A DNA stretch of 64,000 bases. Origin: an uncultured Alphaproteobacteria bacterium (GTDB lineage: Bacteria > Pseudomonadota > Alphaproteobacteria > Rhizobiales > Xanthobacteraceae). Under the pieces are notes generated by a model. The model saw only the letters and a list, made by a program, of their open reading frames with translations. It was not told the origin of the DNA and searched no databases. Each line of letters begins with the position of its first letter. Position 1 is the first letter of the stretch. Both the position numbers and the translations under genes were made by a program. Location of the stretch: contig CAWGLP010000006.1 of assembly GCA_963823485.1 (NCBI GenBank), positions 12,204 to 76,203 of the forward strand. The letters run 5' to 3'. This document shows, one piece after another, positions 53,555 to 64,000 of this stretch.

Positions 53555-54115
53555 ATGCCGAAGCAGAAGAAGGTGACGTCACGAGCCGCAGCCAAGACCG
53601 CCGTCAGGAAGAAATGGACGGGGCACAAGGGCGCGGCCAAACCCACCGCGCGCAAGGCGCTCAAGTCCAAGGGGCGCGTGTCCGCGACCAAGGCCAAGAT
53701 CGTCAACAAGGCCGTCAAGAAGACCCGGCCGAAGCAGCGCATCGCCGTCAGCCATCACCGCGAAGAGGATTTCAAGGCCGACGGTCTGCGCGCCTACGCA
53801 AAATATCGCGACCTCGGCATTGCCGATGCGACACACGGCCTGGCGCAGGCCCATGTGATCCGCCTCGAGGGACCCTGCAATCCGGCGGAAGTCTCAAAGC
53901 TGCATTACCACGACGTCGAATTCCAGATGGTCTACGTGCTCAAGGGCTGGGTGAAGACCTACATGGAAGGGCAGGGCGAAACGCTGATGCAGGAAGGCAG
54001 CGCCTGGACCCAGCCGCCGCGTATCCGGCATCTGATCATGGATTATTCAGACGACGTCGAACTGCTGGAAGTGATTTTGCCGGCGGAGTTCAAGACGGTG
54101 GAACTGACGACGTGA
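53555..54115 (+). CDS. Cupin-domain protein with a Lys/Ala-rich N-terminal tail
   Basis: HYHDVEFQMVYVLKGW and QPPRIRH cupin motifs; about 60-aa basic tail. Confidence 0.85.
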   Translation: MPKQKKVTSRAAAKTAVRKKWTGHKGAAKPTARKALKSKGRVSATKAKIVNKAVKKTRPKQRIAVSHHREEDFKADGLRAYAKYRDLGIADATHGLAQAHVIRLEGPCNPAEVSKLHYHDVEFQMVYVLKGWVKTYMEGQGETLMQEGSAWTQPPRIRHLIMDYSDDVELLEVILPAEFKTVELTT

Positions 54116-54146
54116 GGAGGCAGCGCTCCTACGCGCTTGCCTGTTC

Positions 54147-55676
54147 CTACAGCGTCGCAGGAATGACGGTGATCCGGTAGCTGAGCGGCGGCCCCTCGAT
54201 TCCGAGGAATGTTCGCGTGAAGGTGACATCCGTCGAACGGCTCGCAGGGTCCATCAGCGCGGCGCTGGCGGAACGACACCGCTCATCCGCCGATGAGCAG
54301 ATGATGACAAGTCCGTTCTTGCCTATGGCAGTGGCCGCATCCGCTGGTGAGGGGATCTCTGCCGGGTGGGATTGAGGCAGGTAGAAATACACGCCCTGAA
54401 CGATTTCCCTGGTGCCTGCGATCTGCTGCCGGGACGACGGCGAAAGACGCGCGACTTCACCGGCAACCTGCCGGAAATGCGCTTCGTGCGCTTCCGTGTT
54501 CGACGTCAGGCGAAGATACGCCACATAGGGCGACGCCATCACCGCGGCCACCGAAACCGCAAGCGCGACCAGGCCCGCCCGGGCCACCGCAACCGGATGG
54601 ACGGTGATCAGCGGCGAGCCAAACAGGACAACGGGCAGAAGCGCCCAATTGGGGAAAGTCCAAAGCGCAGTCAGGCGATGCGGAAACGCCAGATTGGCCA
54701 GAGCCGGCAAGACGAGTGGCAGCAGGAATAACAGATGTACCTGCTGGCGATCGCGATCGGCTGGCCACAGGATATCCGCAAGTGCAGCCCGTCCCGGCCG
54801 CAGCACAGCGAGAAATATCAGCGGTACGACAATATAGGCCACCGCCCCGCAGAGATATGAAATCGACCTGACGAATGCCTTGCCAGTCGAGTTGTTGGTC
54901 ATGACGCTGGCGGCCATGAATTCGCGGGTATCGTGGGCGCGCTCGGCGGCAAACCAGTAGAGGTGGGGCGCGACGACGATCGCGGCACTCGCCGCCATCA
55001 GGTATGGCGCCGACGAACGCCAGAACCGCCTGGTGCCGCTACCGATCAGGGAGGCGATCGCCATCCCGGCGATGAGGTATATCGCCCAGTACTTGCCCAT
55101 GAAGGTCAGGGCGGTGAATGCTCCGGCGAGGACCGCATCGACGGTCGTCAGATTTCGACGCGCGCGCAGGTAGAACAGCAACGCTGCGGCCCAGAACGGC
55201 ATGATCACGGTGTTTGCGTTGAGACGCGACGCCTGGAACGTGAACAGCGGCACGAGCATCAACGCCGCGATCCCAACCAGCGCGCGGTTGCTGTCGAGAT
55301 AGTCGCGCAGCAGTCGCCAGATGACAATGAAGGTGATCGCGACCGTTGTGATGGCCAGCAGATAGGCGGCCCAGTCCGCGCGTGGAAAGATCGAGAACCA
55401 GAGGATGAAGACCCAGGCCGTCATCGGCGGGTGCTTGTAGCCGAAGGCGAATTTTTCCGCCCAGACCGAGGCTTCGCTGAGATCTAAATGAATGTCTACC
55501 GGCGCATTTGCTATGGTGAAATAGAGCATCCACAGCACGACGTAGGTGGCGAGCGCCATGTAGAACAGCGCATTTGCGCCATGCTTTCGCACAAATCCTT
55601 CCGCGGCCCTGACGTGCGCGCCGTTCCACACCATTTCGAAAAGGCGGCTGATAGCGCCCGAACCCGCGACCGGCAT
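54147..55676 (-). CDS. Second GT-C (ArnT/PMT family) glycosyltransferase
   Basis: DLSEA..W, GYKHPPMTAW and GKY motifs; many TM helices; ATG overlaps the CNT stop (TGATG). Confidence 0.75.
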   Translation of the reverse strand: MPVAGSGAISRLFEMVWNGAHVRAAEGFVRKHGANALFYMALATYVVLWMLYFTIANAPVDIHLDLSEASVWAEKFAFGYKHPPMTAWVFILWFSIFPRADWAAYLLAITTVAITFIVIWRLLRDYLDSNRALVGIAALMLVPLFTFQASRLNANTVIMPFWAAALLFYLRARRNLTTVDAVLAGAFTALTFMGKYWAIYLIAGMAIASLIGSGTRRFWRSSAPYLMAASAAIVVAPHLYWFAAERAHDTREFMAASVMTNNSTGKAFVRSISYLCGAVAYIVVPLIFLAVLRPGRAALADILWPADRDRQQVHLLFLLPLVLPALANLAFPHRLTALWTFPNWALLPVVLFGSPLITVHPVAVARAGLVALAVSVAAVMASPYVAYLRLTSNTEAHEAHFRQVAGEVARLSPSSRQQIAGTREIVQGVYFYLPQSHPAEIPSPADAATAIGKNGLVIICSSADERCRSASAALMDPASRSTDVTFTRTFLGIEGPPLSYRITVIPATL

Positions 55677-56928
55677 CAACTCAGCATCCCTACCACTGCG
55701 CCCATCAGGCATGTCGTCAGCGTACCGGATACGATCGACTTCAATCCGAGCGCATTGATCTCCTCGCGACGCTCCGGCGCCATGGTGCCGAGACCGCCGA
55801 TCATGATGCCGAGGCTGGCGAAATTGGCGAAGCCGCACAGCGCGTAGAGCATGATCAGCCGCGAGCGCGGATCGAGCGCGTCGGCGCCGAGTTTCGAAAA
55901 TTCGACGTAGGCGATCAGTTCGTTGAGCACGGTCTTGGTGCCCATCAGACTTCCCGCCCGTGATCGCCTGCGGCCAGGGCAGGCCCATCAGCCAGCATAC
56001 CGGCGCCATCAGATAGCCCAGCAGGCGCTGCAGCGAAATTTTCGCGCCGCCAATCTCGGGCAACAGGCCGAGGACCGCGTTGGCGAGATAGACCAGCGCC
56101 ACCAGCACCAGCAGCATCGCGATGATGTTCAGCAGCAGTTCAAGCCCGGAAGCGGTGCCCTTGACGATCGCGTCCATGGTCGACTTCGTCTGCATGTCGG
56201 GATCGCCCAACGCGGCGCCGGTGCGCTTGCCGGAAGTTTCCGGCACCATGATCAGGCTGACGAGAATGGCCGCCGGCGCCGCCAGCACCGAGGCGATGAC
56301 GAAATGCGCGGCGGCATCCGGGATCAGCGGCGCGAGGAACGTGGCGTAGAGCACCAGCACGGTGCCGGCGATGCCGGCCATGCCGCCGGTCATCACCAGG
56401 AACAATTCGCTGCGGCTGAGCTGCGCCAGATAGGGGCGGATGAACAGCGGCGCCTCGACCATGCCGAGAAAGATATTGGCCGCAGTGGAAAGCCCCACCG
56501 CGCCGCCGACGCCGAGCGTGCGCTCCAAGAGCCATGCCATGCCGCGCACGATCGGCGGCAGTACGCGCCAGTAGAACAGGAGTGTCGTCAATACGCTCAT
56601 CACCAGGATGATCGGCAGCGCCTGAAACGCCAGGATGAAATCCGCACCGGGCGCTTTCAGGTCGAACGGCAGTGCGCCGCCGCCGATATAGCCGAACACA
56701 AAGGACGTTCCAGCGCGCGATGCCGCCGCGATCGTGCTGACGGCGTCATTGATGGCGCCGAATACCCTCGCCACCGCTGGCAGCTTGAGCAGCACCAGCG
56801 CGGTCGACGATGGTGACGGCAAGACCAACCGCCATCTGCCGCCACGATACCGCGCGGCGGTTGTCGCTGAGCGCCCACGCGATGGCCAGCAACGCCAGCA
56901 CGCCGAACGCCGATTGCAGTTGCAGCAT
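55676..56928 (-). CDS. Concentrative nucleoside transporter (CNT/NupC family) with two frameshifts (~56800, ~55955)
   Basis: GTSFVFG, LAFQALP, ANIFLGMVEAPL, GTKTVLNE and YALCGFANFASLGI spread over three frames. Confidence 0.85.
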
Positions 56929-57037
56929 GAATCCCCCAGGCCCCTCACGCGATTATGCCAGCGCTGCGCCGTCACGCAATGCCGTGTTGCGGGGGCGTCC
57001 GTTGACAACGGCCGCTCGCTCGGCCACCCGTGCTTCC

Positions 57038-58261
57038 ATGTCCTCGACGATGCCTGTGGGCGCCCGCGAGCTGCTCCGGCACGGGCCGTTCCTGTTCTTC
57101 CTGTTGTCGCGAAGTCTGTCGCGCTTCGCCAGCCAGATCGCGGCGGTGGCGATCGGCTGGCAGATCTACGACATCACCGGCAGCGCCTTCCAGCTCGGCA
57201 TGGTCGGGCTGGTGCAGTTCCTGCCCACCGCGCTGCTGGTGTTCGTCGCCGGCCACGCCGCCGACCGGTTCGAGCGCAAGCGCGTCGTGCAGCTCTGCCA
57301 GCTCGCGGAAGCCGCGACCGCGCTGTTCCTGGCGGTCTCGACCTTCGCCGGCTGGCTGACCGAGGCGCAGATATTCATCGCCACTTTCGTGATCGGCATC
57401 GCCGGCGCGTTCGAAAGCCCCGCCACCGCCGCGCTGCTGCCGCTGGTCGCGCCCAAGGGCTCGGTGCAACGCGCGACCGCGATCTCCTCCGGCGCGGCGC
57501 AACTCGCCACCATCACCGGGCCCGCGCTCGGCGGACTGGCCTACGTGCTGGCACCGAGCCTGCCTTACTTCGTCATCGTGGTGTTCTGGCTGATCGGTGC
57601 AGTTCTGACCGGCTTCATCCGCATCATGAAGCAGGAACGGCCGAAGCCGGATTCGACCGCCGCCGATGTGTTCGCCGGCGTTCGCTTCATCCGCAACAAC
57701 CCGGCGATCCTCGGCACCATCTCGCTCGATCTGTTCGCCGTGCTGCTCGGCGGCGTCACGGCGCTGCTGCCGATCTATGCGCGCGATATCCTGCAGGCCG
57801 GTCCGCTCGGGCTCGGTATCCTGCGCGCCGCGCCCGCGGTCGGTGCGCTCCTGATGACTATCGTGCTGGCGCGCCACACCATCAACCGCCATATCGGATT
57901 GCGGATGTTTCAGGCCGTGATCGTGTTCGGCGCGGCAACAGTGGTGTTCGCGCTGTCGGATTGGATGTGGCTGTCGGTGCTGGCGCTGGCGGTGCTGGGT
58001 GCCGCGGATACGATCAGTGTGGTGATCCGGTTTTCGCTGGTGCAGCTTTCGACGCCCGACGAGATGCGCGGCCGGGTCGGCGCGGTGAACTTCCTGTTCA
58101 TCAACGCCTCAAACCAGCTCGGCCAGTTCGAGAGCGGGGTGACCGCGGCGCTGTTCGGCGCGATGCCGGCCGCAGTCCTCGGCGGCGTCGGCACCATCGC
58201 GATCGCGCTATTGTGGATGAAGCTGTTTCCGGCGCTGCGGAAGGTGGAGCGGCTGGAGTAG
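57038..58261 (+). CDS. MFS transporter (MFS_3/DHA3-like)
   Basis: About 12 TM helices, motif A GHAADRFERKR, DLFAVLLGG and TPDEMRGRV. Confidence 0.88.
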   Translation: MSSTMPVGARELLRHGPFLFFLLSRSLSRFASQIAAVAIGWQIYDITGSAFQLGMVGLVQFLPTALLVFVAGHAADRFERKRVVQLCQLAEAATALFLAVSTFAGWLTEAQIFIATFVIGIAGAFESPATAALLPLVAPKGSVQRATAISSGAAQLATITGPALGGLAYVLAPSLPYFVIVVFWLIGAVLTGFIRIMKQERPKPDSTAADVFAGVRFIRNNPAILGTISLDLFAVLLGGVTALLPIYARDILQAGPLGLGILRAAPAVGALLMTIVLARHTINRHIGLRMFQAVIVFGAATVVFALSDWMWLSVLALAVLGAADTISVVIRFSLVQLSTPDEMRGRVGAVNFLFINASNQLGQFESGVTAALFGAMPAAVLGGVGTIAIALLWMKLFPALRKVERLE

Positions 58262-58278
58262 GGGGCGCGACTCTTCGC

Positions 58279-58363
58279 CGTCATTGCGAGGAGCGCATGC
58301 GACGAAGCAATCCATGCCTCGGCAGGTGCAGCGATGGATTGCTTCGCTCCGCTCGCAATGACG
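58279..58363. repeat. CGTC-type REP-like palindromic element
   Basis: CGTCATTGCGAGGAGC...GAAGCAATCCA...TGGATTGCTTCG...CTCGCAATGACG between convergent genes; inverted relative of 6629. Confidence 0.85.
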
Positions 58364-58376
58364 GTTGTGGGAGCGG

Positions 58377-59141
58377 TCAGCCCCGTCCCACGAACGGCAT
58401 CTTGGTGGCCATCACCGTCATGAACAGCACGTTGGCATCCAGCGGCAGGTTGGCCATGTAGGCCACGGCATCGCCGACGGCCTTCGCATCCATGCGCGGT
58501 TCGTGCTTCATCGTGCCGTCGGGCTGCATCACGCCGGGGCCGGCGACCATGCGGTCGGTCATCGGCGTCGCGGCGTTGCCGATGTCGACCTGGCCGACCG
58601 CGATGTCGTACATGCGGCCGTCGAGGTTGGAGGCCTTGGTGAGGCCGGTGATGGCGTGCTTGGTGGAGGTATAGGCTGCCGAGAACGGCCGCGGCGCGTG
58701 CGCCGAGATCGAGCCGTTGTTGATGATGCGGCCGCCGCGCGGGGTCTGGTCCTTCATGATACGGAAGGCGTGCTGGGTGCACAGGAACGGGCCGGTGAGG
58801 TTGGTGTTCACCACCGCCTGCCACTGCTCGAGGCTGAGGTCCTCGAAATTGACCGGCGGTGCACCCATGCCGGCATTGTTGAACAGGACGTCGAGACGGC
58901 CATAGCTGTCCATCACCTTGGCGAACAGCGCCCCGATCGAGCCGGGATCGGTCATGTCGGCGGAAACGCACAGGCTCTTGCCGACATTGTCGCCGAGCTT
59001 CTTGGTTTCTTCCAGCATCTCCATGCGCCGCCCGGCGAGCACCACGGTGAAGCCCGCATTCATCAGCGCCAGCGATGCGGCGCGACCGACGCCGGTGCCC
59101 GCACCGGTAACGAGTGCGATCTTGTTGGTTGCCTCGGCCAT
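58377..59141 (-). CDS. SDR family oxidoreductase
   Basis: [12 protein letters not shown] and catalytic YTSTK. Confidence 0.92.
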   Translation of the reverse strand: MAEATNKIALVTGAGTGVGRAASLALMNAGFTVVLAGRRMEMLEETKKLGDNVGKSLCVSADMTDPGSIGALFAKVMDSYGRLDVLFNNAGMGAPPVNFEDLSLEQWQAVVNTNLTGPFLCTQHAFRIMKDQTPRGGRIINNGSISAHAPRPFSAAYTSTKHAITGLTKASNLDGRMYDIAVGQVDIGNAATPMTDRMVAGPGVMQPDGTMKHEPRMDAKAVGDAVAYMANLPLDANVLFMTVMATKMPFVGRG

Positions 59142-59154
59142 GGTTTCCTCGCCT

Positions 59155-59914
59155 TCAGTTTTTTGTTTCTGTTTCGGTTTTGTAGGGTGGTCGTGGAATG
59201 TTCTGGTGCGCCGCGCGCAGCGCCGCCGACCAGCGCGAGCGCAAATCGTGGAAATAGGGCTCGCCCGCCTCGATGCGGTGGTTGAGGTCGGCCTGGCAGG
59301 CATCGCGCGCGCACCACGAGCACGTCGATCGGCAGGCCGACGCCGAGATTGGAGCGCATGGTCGAATCCATCGAGATCAGGCCGGTCTTCAGCGCCTCAT
59401 ACAATTCGACGTCGTAATGCATGGCGCGGTCGAGCACCGGCTTGCCGTATTTGTGCTCGCCGATCTGCAAATACGGCGTGTCGGTGGTGCATTCGATGAA
59501 ATTGCCGGCGGTGTAGACCATGAACAGCCGCATCTTGGAGCCCTTGATCTGGCCGCCGAACAGGAACGAGACGTCGAAACTGACGTCTTCCGACTTCAGC
59601 GCCTCGCCCTCGGTGGCGTGCACGCTGCGGATGGCGCGGCCGATGCGCTGCGCGGCCTGGAACATGGTCGGCGCATTCATCAGGGTTTCGAGCTCGCCGG
59701 TGTGCGGGTCTTCCAGACCCTCGGTCAGGGTGGACAGCACCGACTGGCTGATCGCCAGATTGCCGGCGCTGGCGATCGCCATGATGCGTTCGCCCGGCTT
59801 GGAGAAGACGTGGAGCTTGCGGAAGGTCGAGACGTTGTCGAGCCCGGCATTGGTGCGGGTATCCGCGATCATGACGAGACCGTCCCGCACCAGAATTCCG
59901 CAGCAATAGGTCAT
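59155..59914 (-). CDS. Proteasome-type Ntn-hydrolase (Anbu); frameshift near 59310
   Basis: MTYC (Thr1 nucleophile), [19 protein letters not shown] and [11 protein letters not shown]; tail [12 protein letters not shown] in a shifted frame. Confidence 0.88.
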
Positions 59915-60077
59915 TCCAGGTCCCCGAACGCGCCCGATCATTCCGGCGGCCAAAACTAGTAGCCAATTTCAGGGAGGCGTCCAACCCCAATTCCCGCGGC
60001 GCGGCAGGCCCCAATGGCTGGAAATGGGCCGCCCGCCAGGGCGGAGGGGCGAGCATCGGGCTCGGTGGTTTGATCGG

Positions 60078-60503
60078 TCACAATTCCGGTGGTCGCCCTG
60101 CCGGCGCATCCACGAGAAATGCGTCGTCGACCGGTACGCCAAGCGCGGTGACGAGCCGGTTGGTCTCTGCGGCCATGCCGACGATGGCAATCATCTCGCG
60201 ATATTCCGCCTCGGTCATGCCCTTGGCTCGTGCGCCGGCGGTGTGGGAATGAATGCAGTAGTTGCAGCCATGGGCAACTGATACGGCCACGTAGAGCATT
60301 TCCTTGATCTTGGGTTCCAGCGCGCCCGGCGCCATCACCTCCTTGACGCTCTCCCAGGTCCGGCGAAGGGTCTTCGGATCATGGGCCAGCGCGCGCCAGA
60401 AGTTATTGACAAAATCCGACTGCCGCGTCTTGCGAATGTCGTCGAAGACGGCGCGCGCTTCGCTTGAAAGTTCATGATCGGAAAGCAGCTTAACCGTTGC
60501 CAT
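60078..60503 (-). CDS. Carboxymuconolactone decarboxylase / AhpD-like protein
   Basis: KEMLYVAVS and CNYCIHSH (CxxC) motifs. Confidence 0.85.
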   Translation of the reverse strand: MATVKLLSDHELSSEARAVFDDIRKTRQSDFVNNFWRALAHDPKTLRRTWESVKEVMAPGALEPKIKEMLYVAVSVAHGCNYCIHSHTAGARAKGMTEAEYREMIAIVGMAAETNRLVTALGVPVDDAFLVDAPAGRPPEL

Positions 60504-60683
60504 GGCCAGACTCGCGTTTGTTGCGATGGGTCGGTGTTATAGCACGGAACGGTTCGGGTTGCTCCGGTCGCGATCACCGCGAGGAGAGGCAGTGCAGCCG
60601 GCCGGCTCGCGCTATCATCATTGCTGCAGGCCAGTACAACAATTTGCGGTTCGAGGACGTCTGGCTGGACAAGTGAGGCGCTT

Positions 60684-61505
60684 TTAGTCGGCTTTCGACC
60701 CGAGGCTGAACTCAGCTAATCTGGGCCGGCGCCCTCTTACCGCATGCGCGCGTGCAGAAGTTGTTATGTGGCCGTCGGCATCTGCAGGCAGGCGCGCACG
60801 CACCCGTGACCTCAGCGTATCAACGTCTCCGGATCGCATGGCGGCAACTGTAGGCGCAAGTACGGGGGACTTGAGATTTGTTATCCAGAAATCGTCAAAA
60901 TCTGCAAAGGTCCGACGTACCGTGATCTCCCGCGCTTGCACGTCCTCGAGACCTGCACCGATCCACAAGTCTCGTAACGCGTCCATTCGAGACGCATCCA
61001 TCCGTGGCGGGCGCAGAGGCACAATGCCCATGGCCTGTATCTCACGGTAGATCGGATCCAATGGAAACCCGCCAGCCAACATGTCCCACATGTAGGTCCC
61101 GACTTCACCGCCCGGGCGAACGACCCGGACCATCTCGCTAACGCCCTTCGCGGGGTCCGGAACGAACACAAGCACCAGCGCCATCACGGCTGCATCGAAG
61201 CAGTCATCGGCGAAGGGAAGGGCCATGGCATCGCCCCGTTGAAACCTGGCCAGGCGCGACGCAGGTCGTGTGCGTGCAAAAGCGAGTTGCTCTTCGGATG
61301 GATCGATACCCTGGATCTCCACGGGGCTACACCGCTCGACCAGCAATTCAGTGAAGGCCCCGTTGCCGCAGCCGATGTCGATCCAGCGCAAACCCGGAGA
61401 TGGATCCCACCAATCGAGGAAGATCTGACCGGCGAACCGGCTCCAGACTCCCATCATCTGCTCATAGGCGGCGCCGTCATTGAAGGTGATTTTTTGTTCA
61501 ACCAT
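60684..61505 (-). CDS. Class I SAM-dependent methyltransferase
   Basis: IDIGCGNG, GIDPS, GDAMALPF and RVVRPGG. Confidence 0.88.
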   Translation of the reverse strand: MVEQKITFNDGAAYEQMMGVWSRFAGQIFLDWWDPSPGLRWIDIGCGNGAFTELLVERCSPVEIQGIDPSEEQLAFARTRPASRLARFQRGDAMALPFADDCFDAAVMALVLVFVPDPAKGVSEMVRVVRPGGEVGTYMWDMLAGGFPLDPIYREIQAMGIVPLRPPRMDASRMDALRDLWIGAGLEDVQAREITVRRTFADFDDFWITNLKSPVLAPTVAAMRSGDVDTLRSRVRARLPADADGHITTSARAHAVRGRRPRLAEFSLGSKAD

Positions 61506-61746
61506 TGCCGAGGCTCCTGCCGCGCTCCGCAAATAGACCGCTCATGAGTACCATTTATCTGCTGGTGTTTCCACAGCGACATATTGCGATGCGGCGACCA
61601 TGCTCGATTGCCGGTGGAGTGCGCGGCGGGCACGTCAGTTTGACGCGGCCGACCAGCCGAGGCGGTGCGCCTTGCCCGTCCGGATGGCGAGGATGGTCCG
61701 CGCTCGTGCGCTGGGCGGCGGCCAGGGTCGTGCGCGGCGAGGTGCC

Positions 61747-62590
61747 CTAGGACTGCGACTGGCTTTGCCACTGGCCGGGACGCCCGGCCTGCTCGACCTT
61801 CACCGCAACCGTCAGTGTCTCCGTGCCGCCGCCGTAGCGGGTGCCGCGCACCGGGGCGGCGCCGAGGTAATCGAGGCCGATCGCGACGCGGGCGTGGGCC
61901 TCGGTGGTGCAGATGCCGTTGGCGGGATCGAAGCCGACCCAGCCCAGATGGGGCACATAGGCTTCCGCCCAGGCGTGGCCGGCCGGCTGGTGGATCGTGC
62001 CGTCCGAGCGCAGGAAATGCCCGGAGACGAAGCGCGCCGGCACGCCGCCGGCACGCGCGCAGGCAATGAAGATATGCGCGTAGTCCTGGCAGACGCCGCG
62101 CTTGAGCGCGAACGCTTCCGCCGCCGAGGTGCCGGAATTGGTGGGATCCTCGTCGAACGTCATGTGCTCGTTGATCTGCACCATCAGTGCATGCAGGAAA
62201 CCAAGCACGTCGCCGTCGGATTCCGAGCGCAGTTCGCGGACGAAGGTCGCCATCGCGGGATTGGCTTCGGTGAGCGGCGTCGATCGCAGGAACAGGCCGG
62301 GCGGAAAGCGCTCGTCGCTGCCGCGCAGCACGCCGCCGGTGTCATGGGTTTCGATCAGGCCCTCGACGTGGATGGTGAGATCCGCGATCGGCCCGTGCGT
62401 CAGCACATGGGTGACGTTGCCGAACGCGTCCTGGTGCATGTCGAGTTCGGAAATCGGTGGAGACGTCAATCTGCCATTCGGCGACGTACTGGCCGTCATG
62501 GCTGCCCGGCGTCATCCGCAGGATCTGGATCACGCCGGAAGCCGGCGGCTCGTAGCGGTAGGTGGTGGAATGGGCAATTCGCAGGCGCAT
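61747..62590 (-). CDS. Transglutaminase-like protein; frameshift near 62450
   Basis: MRLRIAHSTTYRY N-terminal domain; catalytic GVCQDYAH, HAWAE and GFDP. Confidence 0.88.
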
Positions 62591-62654
62591 GGCAGAACCA
62601 GGTTTGGATCGTCGTGCCCGGGCATAGCAGTCCGCCCAGACAGCGTAAACTTCT

Positions 62655-63101
62655 CTATTGCCGCGTCGCGGCCCGCGGCGATGAATGGTGATGCGCGATC
62701 ATCCAGACCCCGTCGCGCTTCACCACGACCATGGTGAACCGGGAAGGGCGCGGTTCGTAATTCTGCTCCTTGCGGGCAAAATCGTAGAAGCCCGCAACGA
62801 CCACGGCTTCGGGGCCGAGAACAATAATGTCTCTCTCCTTGATGGCGTTCTTGCGCCCACCCTTGTCAAGGGCCACGAAATATTCGCGTATCTCCTCCGT
62901 TCCCCGGGTTGCAACCTGATCCGTGGTTCCGAGAAGAAGGGCGTCGGGCGCGTAGAGCTTCACCAGGGCATTGCGATCGTTGGCGCTGTAGGTTGCCGAC
63001 CACTGATCGACGATGGCGCTTGCCTCCTCTGCGGGTCCGGCGACGGCAGATGTTGTTGCCAGCGCAAGCGAAGCGCAGACAGTTCGTGTCAGCATCCTCA
63101 T
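62655..63101 (-). CDS. Secreted SnoaL/NTF2-like (DUF4440-type) protein
   Basis: Signal peptide, LYAPDA, RFTMV and WMIAHHHSS. Confidence 0.8.
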   Translation of the reverse strand: MRMLTRTVCASLALATTSAVAGPAEEASAIVDQWSATYSANDRNALVKLYAPDALLLGTTDQVATRGTEEIREYFVALDKGGRKNAIKERDIIVLGPEAVVVAGFYDFARKEQNYEPRPSRFTMVVVKRDGVWMIAHHHSSPRAATRQ

Positions 63102-63195
63102 GCGCGCCTCCCCATGTGATGAGGCCCCGAAGAATATTGCGAGGCCGTGCCGCAAGGCCAATCAGTTCAGACGCCGAGCGATGACGCTCCGGACC

Positions 63196-64000
63196 TCAAA
63201 TCAAATACTGCTTGGTGATGATCTCGCCGAGCCGCGCGTTGTCAGAAATAAATTCCTGGATGAACTCATGGACGCCGTGCTGGAAGATATCGTCCATATG
63301 GCTGTGTTCAAGCCGGTTGCGGACGCCGCGGGCGTGGCGCTGGGAGGCGCCCTGGCGGCCATAGGCGACGCCGATCTGGTCGAGGTTGCGGACCAGGTTG
63401 CTGTAGCAACTCGCCAGCGAGCGCGGCAGCGTGTCGTTGAGGATCAGGAGGTCGGCAATCAGCCACGGCTTCAGCGTCTCGCGATAGACCCAGTGATAGG
63501 CCGTCAGCGCCGACACCGAACGCAGGATCGAGGTCCACTGGTAGTAATCCAGGGGACCGCCGACATGCTCCTCCTCGGGCAGCAGCACGTGATATTTCAC
63601 GTCGAGAATGCGGGCGGTGTTGTCGGCGCGCTCCAGGTGCAGGCCGAGGCGGGAGAACCAGTAGGCGTCGTTGCGCAGCATGGTGCGGTAGGCCGAGCCG
63701 TCGAACCGCAGCGAAGTCTCCTGCACGAAGCGCAGGAACCGCGCCAGTTCCTCGCGGCTCGATGTGCCCTTGCCCCAGAGTTCCCCGAGTTCGATCCAGG
63801 CCGAGTTGATGGTGTCCCACATCTCCGACGTCAGGGCCGTGCGGACCGAGCGCGAATTGAGCCGCGCCGCCTCGATGCAGTTCTTGATCGAGGAGGGATT
63901 GGACGGCGAGAACGCCAGGTACTCGACGACGTTCCGCTCGTTGGCTTCCTGGTAGGCCTCGAAGAAACTCGCGCTGACGCCAGCGGTCAGAAGCGCCGAT
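63196..64000 (-). CDS. Alpha-E domain protein (DUF403), 5' end outside the window
   Basis: AARLNSRSVRTALTSEMWDTIN, LERADNTARILDVKY and PRSL motifs. Confidence 0.88.
   Translation of the reverse strand, partial: SALLTAGVSASFFEAYQEANERNVVEYLAFSPSNPSSIKNCIEAARLNSRSVRTALTSEMWDTINSAWIELGELWGKGTSSREELARFLRFVQETSLRFDGSAYRTMLRNDAYWFSRLGLHLERADNTARILDVKYHVLLPEEEHVGGPLDYYQWTSILRSVSALTAYHWVYRETLKPWLIADLLILNDTLPRSLASCYSNLVRNLDQIGVAYGRQGASQRHARGVRNRLEHSHMDDIFQHGVHEFIQEFISDNARLGEIITKQYLI

Noticed and set aside
54147-57008. 953-aa apparent nucleoside transporter-glycosyltransferase fusion
   Set aside because: It arises from frameshifts in the CNT gene, whose true C-terminus is in ORF 55676..55945.

Overview
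High-GC alphaproteobacterial chromosome segment; gene content and repeat types point to Bradyrhizobium or a close Nitrobacteraceae relative. In order it carries: the 5' end of a poly-HAMP histidine kinase; a livHMGFK operon; a Q/N/G/P-rich microprotein; pcaBDC; a coxG-S-M-D-E-xdhC-mocA-like molybdo-hydroxylase cluster with no large subunit; a SorT/SorU-like sulfite dehydrogenase pair; an orphan TRAP binding protein; an L,D-transpeptidase; TsdA; a TetR-HlyD-ABC exporter; two class III cyclases; a Crp-ABC-sulfatase-FGE-SulP sulfate-ester cluster; GT2/GT-C glycosyltransferases; a DUF2778 gene behind a CtrA box; groESL with three CIRCE-like sites; a CNT and an MFS transporter; and an alpha-E/transglutaminase/Anbu operon with extra genes inserted. 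No rRNA, tRNA, CRISPR array or transposase was seen. Many single-base frameshifts, densest in the first 5.8 kb, look like consensus errors. The most striking unexplained signal is two diverged, oppositely oriented copies of a ~420-500 nt non-coding element (23332-23828 +, 47758-48176 -). Their stems show several compensatory base changes, which suggests a large, structured, repeated RNA. I cannot assign it to a named family.
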